Notes: generated by a model not told the origin, from the sequence alone. Shown: positions 1-12,851, numbered from the stretch's first letter. The stretch is DNA of 64,000 nucleotides from Azolla caroliniana (GCA_043228905.1 JBHGNT010000152.1:1-64000), one strand, 5' to 3'. Translations and numbers: made by a program.

Positions 1-37
1 ATCAAAAACCGATGCCTTACCGCTTGGCTATACTCCA
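1..37 (-). tRNA. trnQ-UUG: tRNA-Gln(UUG), 5' half (cut by window edge)
   Basis: Reverse complement TGGAGTATAGCCAAGCGGTAAGGCATCGGTTTTTGAT matches the 5' half of plant mitochondrial trnQ with TTG anticodon. Confidence 0.85.
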
Positions 38-140
38 TACAGTGGTAACCAAGGAAGAGAAGCAAAGCTCAGAGAACGGAATTTGCTTGCTGGGCGCAGC
101 AAAGTAGTGAAAGACTGGCGAGTTAGGTATGGCAAGTAAA

Positions 141-214
141 TAGGCTTAGTAGGGCTCGAACCTACAATATTACCGTTATGAGCGGTACGTTTCAACCAAT
201 TAAACTATAAGCCC
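141..214 (-). tRNA. trnI-CAU: tRNA-Ile(CAU, lysidine type)
   Basis: GGGCTTATAGTTTAATTGGTTGAAACGTACCGCTCATAACGGT...GGTTCGAGCCCTACTAAGCCTA; cloverleaf, native plant mitochondrial trnI-CAU sequence. Confidence 0.9.
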
Positions 215-304
215 ACTGCTGGCTGGCTGGCTGGCTGTTAGCCCTCTCAAGTAATGGAGTCGATGGATCTGTTGAGGGCAAAGCAGCCATATTTTTCTCC
301 TTGA

Positions 305-495
305 AAGATTAAGGACATAAACTTTTCAAATAGCTACACCTGGTTCTGGACCGATTGATGTGGATACAGAAGAGCAGGATGTGCTACCCATCATGGATAG
401 CATAGTTCGAGCAACACTGAACTGAAAGGTATGACTGAAGTGTAATCGTTTTGTTGGCAGGCAAATAGACGACATATTCCTAGGGGGTTTTTTAC
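305..495 (-). pseudogene. atp6: Degenerate fragment of atp6 3' region
   Basis: Aligns with indels to about 5075-5260 (tacacctggttct, catcatggatagcat, acatattcct). Confidence 0.65.
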
Positions 496-1946
496 CGATG
501 CAGCACGCACGAAAAAATCGACTCGACTTTTCTTCGATGATTTAGACAGAGATTTCACCACCTACCACGAGTGGAATGGCAAGGTTCTGCCAGGACACCC
601 AGCGGCAAGACAACCGTGAAAGGAAAGGCAGGGCCAAAGGATTATCATCCATCTCAGCCAGCGCGGAAAGAAAAGAAAAGAAGAGCTCTGCTTGCTCTTT
701 TTGACAATAATTTCGCTACTCCAGTCATGGGCAGCATTATTACATGCATAGGGCGGACCCGAGCTCTTTTCGCTGCAGTTTTCCCTACGGCTTTCCTCCC
801 CTCCTTTGGAAGTGTCAGCTAACTCCTGGAATCCCCCTTTCCCTCCTTCTAAGAAAACCATGCTCGGTTAGATCAGTGTGGACTGATGTTTCGTTCCACT
901 GCTGCTGGAAAAGCCGCCAAATTCGTCACTGACTGGAGAGCGGGAACGACTCACTATCTCGTCTTATTCTCAGAGGCGAGAATGCTCTCAAATGGCTAAC
1001 GGTGCTTTCAACTAAAGTTCCATTTCTTAACACAGCGAGGCTTATACTGTTTATTCGTACGACAATGCGCGACGCTCCACTATCCCATTGAAAAAGGATT
1101 CCGCAATCATTTACGTACTTAAACGCAGACTGAGTAATAGTAATTCATGCCATTCCTCGGGCTCAGACCACAGAGCTTCCTAGGAACTGGGAAAATGCTA
1201 TAAATCTGTTTAAATAGCTTCGCTTTTTGCCCTAAAAGTCGCTCTGAAAATGTCACTTAGAGTGTTTTGACTAAGGGAAACAAAACCCACTAGACGAACA
1301 GCTACTAATATTTCCTCATTATATATTATTATTCATTCCAAACTCAAAACGCTAGAAATTGAAATAGCAAATAAAATCAATTCGCGCGTAAATCGTACTT
1401 ATATTCTGTTGCTCTTCCTTGTCTGTTCTCGATATTCATGGCAGTTTCTTGGCCTTCATGCAGGCAAGCAAAAGGGCGGGCGCCACCAGCATGCATTTCT
1501 GGACTCGTGCCCGAAGAAAAGAAGCGGGCGGTAAGAAGCGGTTTTCATCATCCGGCGGGAGTGAAAAGAAAAGTTAGGTCGGGAGGTAGTGCACGCTCGC
1601 TGGTCCTGATATCAAAATTCTCGCCTTCGTGCCGTGTGTGTCTGGTTTCAATGAATTCCGCATGAAGGGGTGCGTGCGCGCAGGCAACAAGCCTGCCCTG
1701 GCAATTCCGGCCATAATCTGCGTGCGGTTTTCATCATCATGAAGGCCTTCATGATGAAAAAGGGGTTGGCGGGTTTGATGAACCGGTTGGTTTTCATCCG
1801 GATGAACCGGTTGGTTTTCATCCGGATGAACCGGCGGGTTAGCTTGCCCGTGAGGGCAGGCAGCTCTTTGTCCGCACGTATGTCGCCCGGGGAACCGGGC
1901 GGGGGATCTGCTGGATTTCTATCTAATGTGCCAATCTGTATACGAA

Positions 1947-2019
1947 TGGAGACGATCGGACTTGAACCGATAACTTCATACTTGCAAAACATGCGTTCTA
2001 CCGATTGAACTACGCCCCC
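1947..2019 (-). tRNA. trnA-UGC: tRNA-Ala(UGC)
   Basis: GGGGGCGTAGTTCAATCGGTAGAACGCATGTTTTGCAAGTATGAAGTTATCGGTTCAAGTCCGATCGTCTCCA; G3-U70 pair, TGC anticodon. Confidence 0.9.
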
Positions 2020-2059
2020 ATCCTCGTTCCATATGCAACACGTATCATATGGGCAAACA

Positions 2060-2104
<45 letters not shown>

Positions 2105-5028
2105 GCGGGAGGAGCTATTGTTTATACGTGCGTGCGTGCGTGCGTGCGTGCGTGCCCCCCTTTCTTCTTTTTACAGAGTTTAGGCTTTATCTAAGACATC
2201 CCGTCCTGTCGAAACTATGTCATACATAAAGGTGTGTCGTTGGCAGGTTCACTTTTGGTTTACCACTTCGATCGTATCGGCGCTAGAGAGAAGTCGCTTT
2301 CTCGAGAGCCGGCTACCTCATCATCTTGAAACTTCATTCCGCTCCTCTGGCCGCCTTACCCTGTTCTCTGCAAGAACCCCAAGGAGACGGGTTGTTGATT
2401 GCGCTTGCTTGATTGGCACCTCTAGTACGACACATCTTTCAGAATACGAGCGAATGCTCGGATCAGTAGATTCGAGCTCCTTATTCAGGAGTTGAGAAGT
2501 ACGCAGGGCGGGCCTGCCGCTCGGCTATGACCTCGTTTCTTGAGCTAGAGGGGAATTTCACGAAATGGGTTGGCAAGAGCAGCAGACAGCAACTCGTATC
2601 ACTCTCGTAATTCAGAGAAGAGAAAATGGGATTCGAACCCTCAACTTTTGCTCTTAGAGATCATTATTCCGGGAACCACTCTCCCAAACTAAATAGTTAT
2701 TTCCCTACGTAGGAAAGTTCCAATGCGGGGTCTGGATCCAGTCGAGGCGCCGAGAGCCGCAGGCGTACCGCGTATTCTATTTACCAGTTTCTCCGGAAGG
2801 TCATGTCTGGGAACTTTGACTTGATAGTGTAGTGTGACGAGGCGAGAATTCTCGCTTTCCAAGAGAGAGTTGGTCAAACCCAACCCTAATTGCTCGGATA
2901 GCAACCAATGCACATTGCTGAGTGATAAGGTGGTTTTCCATGCTTGCTGCGAAGAGGCTTGCTTTCCTGAAAAAGCCGCTGTATACAGTGATTCTCAGAC
3001 CACGCAGTATCAAAAGCTCTATCAGATATGTATAAGAAGACCCTGTTTGAGTCATTGGGTCATCCGCTGGTTCATCCTGAGTTCCTGTTCAAGAACCTTA
3101 TAGCGGAGCTATATTCTCACTGTACGACAATAGAACCCTAGCGCTACTAAAGACCATCAAGGTGGTAGATGACATTAAGATGCAGTATAGTATTATGCGG
3201 GTACATCGAAACAGCAGCAGAGCCAAGGGAGTATCTTGAAAAGCAGCTGGGCTTCAAGGCCCCTAAAGAAGAGATATATAACGCGTATCATTGGGTGCCG
3301 CAAGAAAAGAAAAGAAAAGAAAAGAAGGGGATCCTATTCCTTCCTGTTGAGCACTCCTTTTTCTTGAAGAAGTGGAAAGAGAGGTTGTCCCCCCATTGTA
3401 GGAGCGAAGAAAGCTAGTAATTTTCACGCACGAAGGAAAGTCCTAGTAGATCACTACAATGTCGTAGTGACATCTTTGTGTGGGTTTGTAATCGATAAAG
3501 TGTACGGTAATTTCGATTACTTTAAACAAGCCATAAATCTTAAGATGAAACAGTGCTGCTTTCAAATTACATGTAGCGACGACAGAGCCGCTGGAGAGGA
3601 GAGGAGAGGAGAGGAGAGGAGAGGAGAAAACTATGCGTTGACATAAATTAGAAATCACTATTAAAATATTTTCGTGGTCTTATCTACCACTTAGGGATCC
3701 TTCAGGCCGGCCGGAGTTCACTATACTCCGGTCACCTATTATTTTCTTTCGAGAACCAGTCCAAGCAACCTAGATATGTTTGCTATTAATTGCTGTAGTT
3801 TATTTGATCTTCAATTTTGTTGGTTGTTGGGCATAAGTACAATACCCACGCCGAAAGTTCACGCTAACTTGCGTCCTGGACATATCGTCACGTGCTGAGA
3901 TATTAAAAGAAGAGTCGGATATTGAATCATTCGGCCCTTTCTTGTGCAATCTGTCGTCTTGGCAGGATGGAGGCCTTGGACCTAGTATTTGAAAGTTTAA
4001 GGCTGTTTATTCTGTCTTTTCAGACATCATTAGGGCACTGGAAAGGGTAGTACTTGATATACGCCAGATACCGATGGTTACTGGTTCCAGTCCTCGGCTG
4101 TTCCAGACTTCGGGGCCTAATGCCTAAGGAGGACTTGGTTCACTAGCTTTTCTTCAGGAAAATCTGGTTAGCTCGTCGAAAGACGCTAGGGGGCTCATGT
4201 CGCTACTTTTTGAACCTAGAAGCTGGTGGCCAGGTAGTTGCGAGCTGTTACGGCCGTCGGAATCTTTTTCTGACTTTTTGATTCGTAACGCCTTAAATCT
4301 CTAAATTTAGTTTAAGGAAGAAGAAGAAGAAGAAGAAGAAGAGGTTGGGCAGAAAGCAGCTTGAGCCTGTTGGTTTTTAGCTATTCGGCGTACAAATAGG
4401 CAGTGCGTGGATAGAATTGTTGTCAAAGGACTTCAACAACAACAAGGTGCCTCGATCTCCGGAATGCCCTTATTTATTATAGGGCGTAAATAGAATAAAT
4501 AGGTGGGAAACTCTCCCAGCAGCCCAGGCAAGGATCTCTCTCTCTTTTCCTAGTACCGTTATTTCCCTTCAGGTAAGGTATTCCAGAGGTATTCCGTTAG
4601 AAAGACAATCCATTTTTTATGTGATGTGACACATGATTTTTCTCATTAATTATGAAACACTCGATTCCTCTGTTATTACTTCATTTCCCACGACTATCTG
4701 TCATATTTCCCTTGATTACAAACCTATTCTTTGCTTAGCATTTAAGAGAATGTGAGATACCACCTTTCAATACAATAATTGTACAGGTTAGAGTATAAGG
4801 ACAAAAATCATTTACCAATGTAGGTAAAGTGACCGCCTCAAATCAAAAAGGTATGATGATGAAACTTACTAAAATTATTTACCAAAAAAGAAACCACCAT
4901 GTAATGTAAGGTGCGATACGTAACGGCAGACGGCGTTGCAACGAACCAATAAGCTAAGCGTGGCAGATTTGTTTGCAATATAGAAAAGAACGGTTTGGTG
5001 ACGAAACCAAACCGTTTCTCTTTCCATG

Positions 5029-5781
5029 TCAATGAAGGTTTATTGCATCATTCAAATGAATACGAATCGGGATTATAGGGACATAAGCTTATAAAATAAC
5101 TACACCTGATTCTAAACCAGTTGATGCAAATACGATCGAAAGAAGAGCGAGATGTGCTAATAGCAAGATACCCCTCATGGATAGCATGGTCCGAGCAAAG
5201 CCACTCGAAATCTTGACTGAACTATAACCAGCCATCATATTAGCAAATAAACATATTCCTAAGCTTAGTGCACGAAAACGATAGAGGATTAACTCCGAAA
5301 ATACTGGGAAAGGCGCTAACGGTGGAGGTACACCCGGCAGTAATAAGAGACTGAAAGGATGAGGCCCATGTGTTTAAGACCCCACTACGATAGTTCCAAG
5401 AGAAAGAGAGAATAGAGAACCCAAAATAATAATAGAATGACTTATTACCATAAAACTATAAAGTACCATACCTTACAAATTACGAAATAATGGAAAGGTA
5501 AAAGTAACGAGGATCGGGAGAGAAGACTATTATTTCGAAACGCCACTAATTTATTCGTTCACTAGATTGGGCACGAAATCATAAGTCATCTCCACTAGGG
5601 ATTACCAAGCATTCAGTACTAAGTGTCCTCCATTCGAGGTCACCAAGTGAACTAGGAGCGGGATTAAACTGGTAGTGGGTGACATAGATGGAGAGGAATT
5701 GATAAATAAAAGATACGGATTTCCTATATGGATGGAAATCGATAGAATAATGGCAGGTTATTCCGGTAGACTGTAAGCCGT
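5029..5781 (-). CDS. atp6: ATP synthase subunit 6 (a), heavily edited
   Basis: ACG start (edit to AUG); after predicted editing SPLEQFAII, PNAWQSLVEM, LFANMMAGHSLVKILSGF, LNDAINLH-TGA; 251 codons with internal TAA at Gln positions. Confidence 0.92.
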
Positions 5782-5864
5782 GATGAATTGAAGGGTTTTG
5801 TTCCAACATGCATGAAAGAGGGTTGTTCTTAACGTTTATCAATTTTTCGGACTAGCTCTGTTGA

Positions 5865-6049
5865 AGAGCTCGTATGAGAGTTGGCTCAACCTAGCCCCAA
5901 CAATGGCAGAATATTTCCGAGATGTCAACGAGCAAGCTGTACCTTTATTCATTGACAACATCTTCCGCTTCGCCCAAAATCGCGGAATCAGAAGTCTCTG
6001 CTTTCTTTTTGGCAGGTAGAATGCCGATGAAAACCGCTTCTTCGGCCGT

Positions 6050-6082
<33 letters not shown>

Positions 6083-6285
6083 CGTGGGTTATCAACTGGT
6101 TCTTCCCGGCCGGCCAGGTCTCTATAGGAAAGAATTCCAGATCAATAACTTCCATTCAAGCGCACCTGCGGATGATCTGACTGACCTAGCCCCCGCTACA
6201 ACCATTTGCACACCTAGATGCTACTACTGCGCCGCTTTCGAGAAGATTAGCAGAAGAATATCTATGCGGCCCATTCATTCGTCTT
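5865..6285 (+). pseudogene. atpB: Plastid-derived atpB fragment
   Basis: [53 protein letters not shown], with frameshifts and repeat insertions. Confidence 0.85.
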
Positions 6286-6983
6286 CATGAGGCGGTGAGG
6301 GCCAAAAAAAAAGCCAAGACAGCTTCGGAGCGAACTCTGTTACCAGAGCCGAGAACAGCTTTAGACAATTCCGTCAGGCACCACGAAGGGCTGGCTTGAG
6401 AAGTATCGCAAGACTTGACTTTCTGCGCCCTACTCTCAATGAGTCAAACTCTCCGTATCCATTACTCTTTTACAATCGATTATTTGATAGATCTGGAATG
6501 TGATGAGATACACTCTAATCATCTCATAGGACCGCCCCGATGAAAACCAGCAGACCTAATCACCTTACGATGGTTAGCGGAATTCTCTCTCGGTAAATTG
6601 GGTCAATGAGACCATCGGCGTTCGTTTCAGAATCGGATAGTTACACGTCCCACATCCACTAGTCGCCGGGCCACCGAACATTGCTTCAACCATAAGGCAG
6701 CCAGAAAATTGGACCTTTAGTTTAGTTAGGTTTTCATCGCTTTCCGCACGCCTGGTAGAAAGCGGGTCGACCTTCCCCCCATTTACTTTATTTCATAGAA
6801 GCAATAGCGGCATGTATAGTGCTCGGTCTATCTAATTTGTATCGGAACGAAAGCAGCAGCAATGAACCGCTTCATCCGCGAGTCTTCCATCGACAAAGGA
6901 CTGGCTCTGGCTCACGACGAATGCAAGCTGGAAAACACGGAACTCGGTACTTGGTTAGTGAAACCATGCATGAAAAATCAAGT

Positions 6984-7056
6984 TACCTACTACTGGATTC
7001 GAACCAATGACTTTCGCCGTATGAAAGCGATACTCTAACCCCTGAGTTAAGTAGGT
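6984..7056 (-). tRNA. trnM-CAU: Plastid-type tRNA-Met(CAU)
   Basis: ACCTACTTAACTCAGGGGTTAGAGTATCGCTTTCATACGGCG...GTAGGTA is the chloroplast trnM type; opposite strand downstream of atpB as in plastomes. Confidence 0.88.
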
Positions 7057-7563
7057 TGGGCAGTTTCATAGCAGCCAGCCCGTTTCATCGAGCCTCGGAA
7101 GTCAAGGCGGCCATTCTATCTACAAGATTTTCTGTCAATTCCTGCAGACTGTTCAAGGAAACTCGTGGGGTGGGTTCCTGCTTTCCCTCAATGCCGAGCT
7201 GCTCTTTACGGCCCGGTAAGAATTCAATAAATTGAGTAGTTGCACCTGCTGGTATAATAAGATATCCGTCTGAACTCCTACATCAATACCATCCATGTCG
7301 GTCTGGGTCGCAACATCAATAACATCATCCACACCTTGATCCTTACTACCTTTCTCAAGAGGTTGGTTGTCGGCAACGTCGTTGTCAGAGGCCTATCAAG
7401 TGACATTATTTCATTGACTACTTTTTTCCGCCGCTAACGGCCAACGAAAGAAAGAACTGCCATAAATATCAAGAACAGACCTTGTGTTGGCAAAGAAAGC
7501 CAACGCAAGTCCCTCTAATGCTGCTTTGAAGGCATTTTCTTGAAACCTATCTTAGTTGACGAA

Positions 7564-7821
7564 ACGAAGCCGTATATCCTTCGTCTCCTAGCTAAAATCT
7601 TTGGAATCATCATATTACTTTTACCAGGAGTAGTCTTTCCAGTGTCAGTCGAACGTAAAGTCATGGCTTCCATGTAACGTTGAAAGGGTCTTAATGTGGT
7701 GGGATCATCTGGGTTGTTATAACTCTTAGCGGATGGTTTGAAATCAATTTTAAAAGAACCTATTCCACCTCCAAGTGCTAATTTCTTTCTTTCTGTAATG
7801 GTTCTGGTAATTACATCTACG
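7564..7821 (+). CDS. nad1: NADH dehydrogenase subunit 1, exon 1
   Basis: ACG start; [28 protein letters not shown] after editing; exactly 258 nt, then GTGCG. Confidence 0.92.
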
Positions 7822-8571
7822 GTGCGCCGTGCGAGGCTCGTTTTCTTTCCGGAAGAATACCCTTCTACAACCAACATAGATGTTTGACTTGGAAGTATAT
7901 ACGGCGGGCCAATACAACATCTTGGGCTAATAATCCATCGAGTTCGCGAGCAGTTAGTCGGAAAGGGGCGAAGCCGGGCAAAGCGGTTTCCCCGGTCCCC
8001 GAAGGAAGGACGGCTTAGCCCTCCTCGGTGGTGTCTCTCAGCTGATGCGAGAAAGGTTAGATTGACTCACTTGGTACGTACCTACTGCCTGAGTAAGGGC
8101 TACGTATCCCGAACAGAATACGTCAGTATGTGTGTGGCGGAGTAATCCAGGGCCCAGTTTGGGCGAAAGCCTTGACTTCCACATGAAGCGGTCAAGGTTG
8201 CCGGACAGCCAGCCACAAGTAATTCCAGCATAGGAACTGACTTAAACAATCGAGCAGGTGCGCAAAGACCTGTAACCATTGGGTGCTCTGACGGGGCGAA
8301 GCAGGGAAGTGCGTAGCGCTTACTCCGTCCTCGAAAGGCAAAGACACGAAAAGAGAGCAACCACGGGAAGTAACCGCTTCGCATTGTCTAGTAAACGATG
8401 CGCGGTCTCAGAGGTCGCATAGTAGCGAGGGAGGAATGCCAGAAACCTGGCCGAGCCGCGAAGGCAACTAGTCAGAACAAACCTTAGTTCAACGCGGCCA
8501 GTACGTATGCGGCCGGCCGGCGTTGAGAATAAGGAACAATTCTTCGAAACGGAAGGGACGGCAATACTCTC

Positions 8572-8608
<37 letters not shown>

Positions 8609-8686
8609 TTAAGGTGTTCCGAGTGAGAGCTGTATGACAAAAGATTGCCACGTACGGTTTGGAGGGCAGCATTGACTGACCCCTAT
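7822..8686 (+). other. Group II intron nad1i258g2 (cis)
   Basis: 5' GTGCG; domain V GAGCTGTATGAC..GTACGGTTT; ends CCCTAT. Confidence 0.88.
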
Positions 8687-8822
8687 TTAAGTTTGGTTGC
8701 TCGGGCTGTTACACTTTCTGATTATGGTATGGTATTGTCGGATCCAAATGTAGGTACATTCTATCTATTTGCTATATCTTCTCCAGGGGTTTATGGGATT
8801 ATTACAGTGGGTCGGTCTAGTA
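8687..8822 (+). CDS. nad1: nad1 exon 2
   Basis: LSLVA(W)[21 protein letters not shown](L)GVYGII; 136 nt. Confidence 0.93.
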
Positions 8823-10338
8823 GGGCGGCCGTTCAGTCACCTGTGGTACTAAAGCAGCCAGCCCGGCCCGCCCATGTGGTCAAATTGTTTGTAGTGTGGA
8901 ATGATCTGCTCTATACAGGGTGTAGGGCTCTTCGACAGAACTAGTAATAGGCTTGACTCGCGATTTGAAGGGTAGGGGGGGTTCTTGTGTAGGAGGCTAA
9001 AAGGGGATAGGGATACGTTCAAAGAAGTTCAGGAAGAAAGGAAGAGCATGCCGTAAAAGCATGGTTGAAGGTCGATCCTGTCTTCCCAGGGAGTACCTAA
9101 CAACACCATGTGGAAGAACCAACCTTGTGGATCAGGATGAGGTGCCGTCCTAGCGAATTGAAGTCTCCTTGGGTAGCCAACGACCTACAGTTATCCTTGT
9201 ACCTCTGTGCCGAGCGAACGACTGTACGCTGTCTTGTTTTCTGCCAGCTGGGATTGCTTGCCGGCCAGATCGGATTGGAGCAACCATTGCATGAAGGCAC
9301 ATTACCCATCCTCTTGGGGACAAGAGACTGAACGACATCCCGATTTACTGCATTCCAGGACATCTGGGATGAGAGCCGTAGGTGATACCGGCGAAACCCA
9401 GCCAGATTTTGTTCTGGCAGGTAGTCAGAGGACTCATAGTACCCGCCCCGAAAGGGGCCCCTCACGCACGCACGGGGAAGACGCTAGTTTTCAGGGAAGA
9501 GGAAAGTCTTTATTTCTTTTTCCACGTTGTTTTCTTCTAGCAGCAGGAAAGGAGTCTGGATGTCTGCCTAGCTTCGGCAGATTCTACTCAACGCAATCTG
9601 CAAACTCGAATCCCCGAAACCTGACTCAATGCGGAATAGAATTGATCGTCGTTTGGTGGATCTCCAGCAAGCAGTTTTAACTAAAAGAACAGGACATACC
9701 ACAAAATTCAGAGAGAGAACACGAAGCGATCGATCTGCTTACCGAGGGCTAAGGCTAGACCGCAGGACCTGGATTTATGACGTCCGGCCCGCTCCTCTCG
9801 AGTCCTGCCTGCTGGGAACGAACCACGAGGACGACCGCCAAGAACGGGCGTACTCGAGGGGGGCCAGAACCAAGCCCAAACGGGACGGAAGGGTACGGAG
9901 CGAGGTATTATAAAGCATTGCTTTATGGCGGCCGAAGAAAAGAAAAGAAAAGAAAAGAAGCGGTTTTCATCATCATGCATGAAGGCGCGCGCGCGCGCCG
10001 GTTCATCATGAAGGCGCTGAGTCAGAATTTTCCACTCCGCTAAACTAAAGAGGACGACAGAGAAGCAGGAGACGACGAACCCCTGCAACTACGTCGGACC
10101 TCTCGGAGTGAAAAAGAAAGCCAGATGGTGGTAGACTATCACGTACGGCTTTGCCCTCCCCGCCAACCACGTGTCAATGTGCCTCTACGGAAGGAACATC
10201 GACGGGCGGGTTTCCCGGGCGATCTAAAGCAAGTTGTTGGGGTAGAGAGCCGTATGCGCGGCGACGTGCTCGTATGGTTCGGAGAGGACTCAGCGTACAC
10301 TGATCCTGTTGATTGGTGGAAAAGCAGCTTCACTCCTT
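8823..10338 (+). other. Group II intron nad1i394g2 (cis)
   Basis: 5' GGGCGGCCG; domain V GAGCCGTATGCGCGGCGACGTGCTCGTATGGTTC near 10247. Confidence 0.88.
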
Positions 10339-10672
10339 ATTCCAAATATGCTTTTTCAGGAGTATCATGATTTGCCGTCTAAATGGTTTTGTACGAAGTA
10401 TCTATTGGTCCTATTATCATTACTGCACTAATTTGTGTAGGTTTTTGTAATTTTAGTGAGATTGTCATAGCGTAAGAGCAGATATGGTTTCGCATTCTCT
10501 TGTTCTCCGTATTGATTCTGTTTTCTATCTTTCGCTCAGTAGAAACTAATCGAGCTCCGTCTGATCTACTAGAAGTAGAAGTTGAATCAGTCGTGGGCTA
10601 TAATGCGGAATATCTTTTAATGGGATTTGCTCCCTCTCTTTCGGGAGAATATGCTAATACGATCTTAATGAG
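10339..10672 (+). CDS. nad1: nad1 exon 3 (introns i477 and i669 absent)
   Basis: SKYAF(L)G..QMV.YEVSIG..ETNRAP(F)DL.E.E.E(L)V..GEYAN.ILMS; 334 nt. Confidence 0.93.
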
Positions 10673-12130
10673 GTGCGGAGCCTTGCATCCGACATTCGTT
10701 GGGCTTCCGCTCCCTGCAGGAGCCAGCGTCCCCTCAAGGGCTTTGTGCAGTAAACTCCTCCGGGCGACGATCTGAAGACTAGTAGGTCCCGCGAAGCTTT
10801 CGAAGAGGGGTAGCCTGGTGTGTAAGCACAGCAATGAACCGCGAACCCGTCGGACGACCTATCTAAGATTAGGAGGATATCTCAGGTGGTTATCCCGCAA
10901 CTCTTCCCCAGACCTATACTATCGAATGCTCATATGGGAAAGTGCGCTCTTAGGTCTGGAACCAGGGAGGGTTGCTCCGAGAAATCCCTTCTCGTTTCCT
11001 CCAGGGGGTGCGGACACACTTGCACGGATTACAGGTGACGGCTACAAAGATGGCGGGGAAGGAAACAGTACCCGACATCCAGGGATGAATGTAAACTCAT
11101 TGGACAGGGGTAATCATTCTGGTCCTGGGAGAGAAGACTCACCAACAACAGTGGTAGACACTAGTCTGAAAGGCTAGCAAAACAGAATCACCGAGACAAC
11201 GGCAGCCCCATGTACTCCTGTTGCGGACGAGAGACTGCTTGCTTGCTTGCTTGCTACTGGCGTCCCATGAGCAAATTGAGTCTGAACCAGGCGACTTAAC
11301 CCCCAGCGAAGAGGGATTTCTGCTGAAAACTTGTTCGTTACGTTACGTTAAAGGGGATCTTTTTGGAATGGTCGGAGAAAGACTCGCTGCGCCTCTTGTC
11401 AGGCGCCTTGCTCGAGCCCGCGGGAGAAGTGATGGTACTGTTTATTTCCAAAAATTCGTTCTCGGAGTCAGAAGGTAAAGCACCGTATCTCACAGCTCCC
11501 TACTAACGCTCCGCTATCAATTCCAAGTTAGAGGAGGGAGGAGTACCCTGGTCTGGTAGCCAACCCACTTTAATGCTATCGCATTCTCTCTGCTGGGTTA
11601 AAACCTAAAGAAAGTGTGCTTATCAGCAGCAAGCACAAACCCGGTTGGTTGTTTTCAGCTGCCCTTTCTGTAGGTTGAGTGGCTTCAATCTCTCCCCCCG
11701 GCAGGCAGGCAGGCAGGCAGGCAGGAACTTTCTCGCTCGGCCTTTGACCACCTACCTCTCATTGTTCTCCTGGGGACTCACTCACTTTAGAGATTTTTCT
11801 CCGTCTATGCGGGCTCTAAGCCGATGAACCGGTTCATCATGAAGGCCTTCATGATGAAAAAGGGGTTGGCGGGTTTGATGAACCGCCTTGTAGGCCAGCC
11901 TGAACTGTAAGTCGATCCCACTCTGCTGCTGCTGTGCCAACCACCACCGAGACATCCATGCGAGAGAGAGATCGGATTCGAAGACCTAAACGTTGCATTG
12001 GTTGGAGAAGAGGAAACTCAATATTCCCGGGACGGAGCCGTATGACGCGAGAGTGTCACGTACGGTTCTTTGAGAAGGGTGTGGATACACCTATTGGGCT
12101 AAGGGCCACAGAGCCGCGCCCTCACTCTCC
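10673..12130 (+). other. Group II intron nad1i728g2, no matR ORF
   Basis: 5' GTGCGG; domain V GAGCCGTATGACGCGAGAGTGTCACGTACGGTTC; only 1458 nt. Confidence 0.88.
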
Positions 12131-12389
12131 TAGTCTATGTACACCGCCTTTCCCGGGAGGTTGGCCATCCATTTTAGATCTTCCTAGTTTCCAGGGAATT
12201 CCGGGCTCAATCTGGTTTGGCACAAAGGTTATTTTCTTTCCGTTCGTATATATATGGGTTTGCGCAGCATTTCTATGACATTGTTATGATTAACCAATGA
12301 GACTTGGACGGAAAGTCTTCCCGCCTTTATCATTAGCTCGGGTAGTTTCTGTATTCGGCGTTCCAGTAGCCTTTGACTGGCTACCTCAA
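12131..12389 (+). CDS. nad1: nad1 exon 4
   Basis: SLCT..GGWP.ILDLP..IPGSIWF..YIWV(R)AAF(PR)..YDQLM.LG(W)KVF; CAA-to-UAA stop (genomic TGA follows); total 987 nt. Confidence 0.92.
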
Positions 12390-12851
12390 TGAATTGAGCA
12401 TACTGTGATGTTGAACGTCATAATTAATGGGGTTCTGGTCGGAAGAAAACGGCGTCCAGACCCCTCTCACGCACGCCCGCCGATGGAAATTTCGTAAACA
12501 GAATGCCGCCTTGCGATCGTCCGATCGATGCTTCTTCGAGGGTGAGAGCACCGACCGGGAAAATAAAAGGAGGAAAGAACCGATACCCCAGCTACTACGG
12601 CGCGCGCCTCCCAGATCACAACAATATCTTCTTCTTTTGCTAGGCTTACGGCAGACGCCCTCGGCATAATCGCAATGGACGGCCCTAGGTACGGTAGTGG
12701 CGAGTCCAGGTTGCTTGACCTAAACGATTTACCGCCAACCGAAAGGTAATCGTTCGGTTATGTCAAGGGGTGAGTGCTGTGTCAAGCGGGCGGATGCATG
12801 ATGAACGCTTTTCGGGGCCGCACGCAGAAGGAAAAACACAGATTGCGAAAT

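Noticed and set aside
1726-1835. CRISPR-like array
   Set aside because: Short tandem or palindromic modules without unique regular spacers; no cas genes; organellar context
2615-2690. tRNA-like T-arm (gggattcgaaccc)
   Set aside because: No complete cloverleaf or anticodon arm; at most a decayed fragment
4040-4090. YTPDTDG resembling family B DNA polymerase motif C
   Set aside because: Single weak motif without supporting neighbouring motifs
7822-8686. Possible trans-splicing of nad1i258g2
   Set aside because: Exon 1 is directly upstream (7564-7821), hidden by stop codons; the intron is cis
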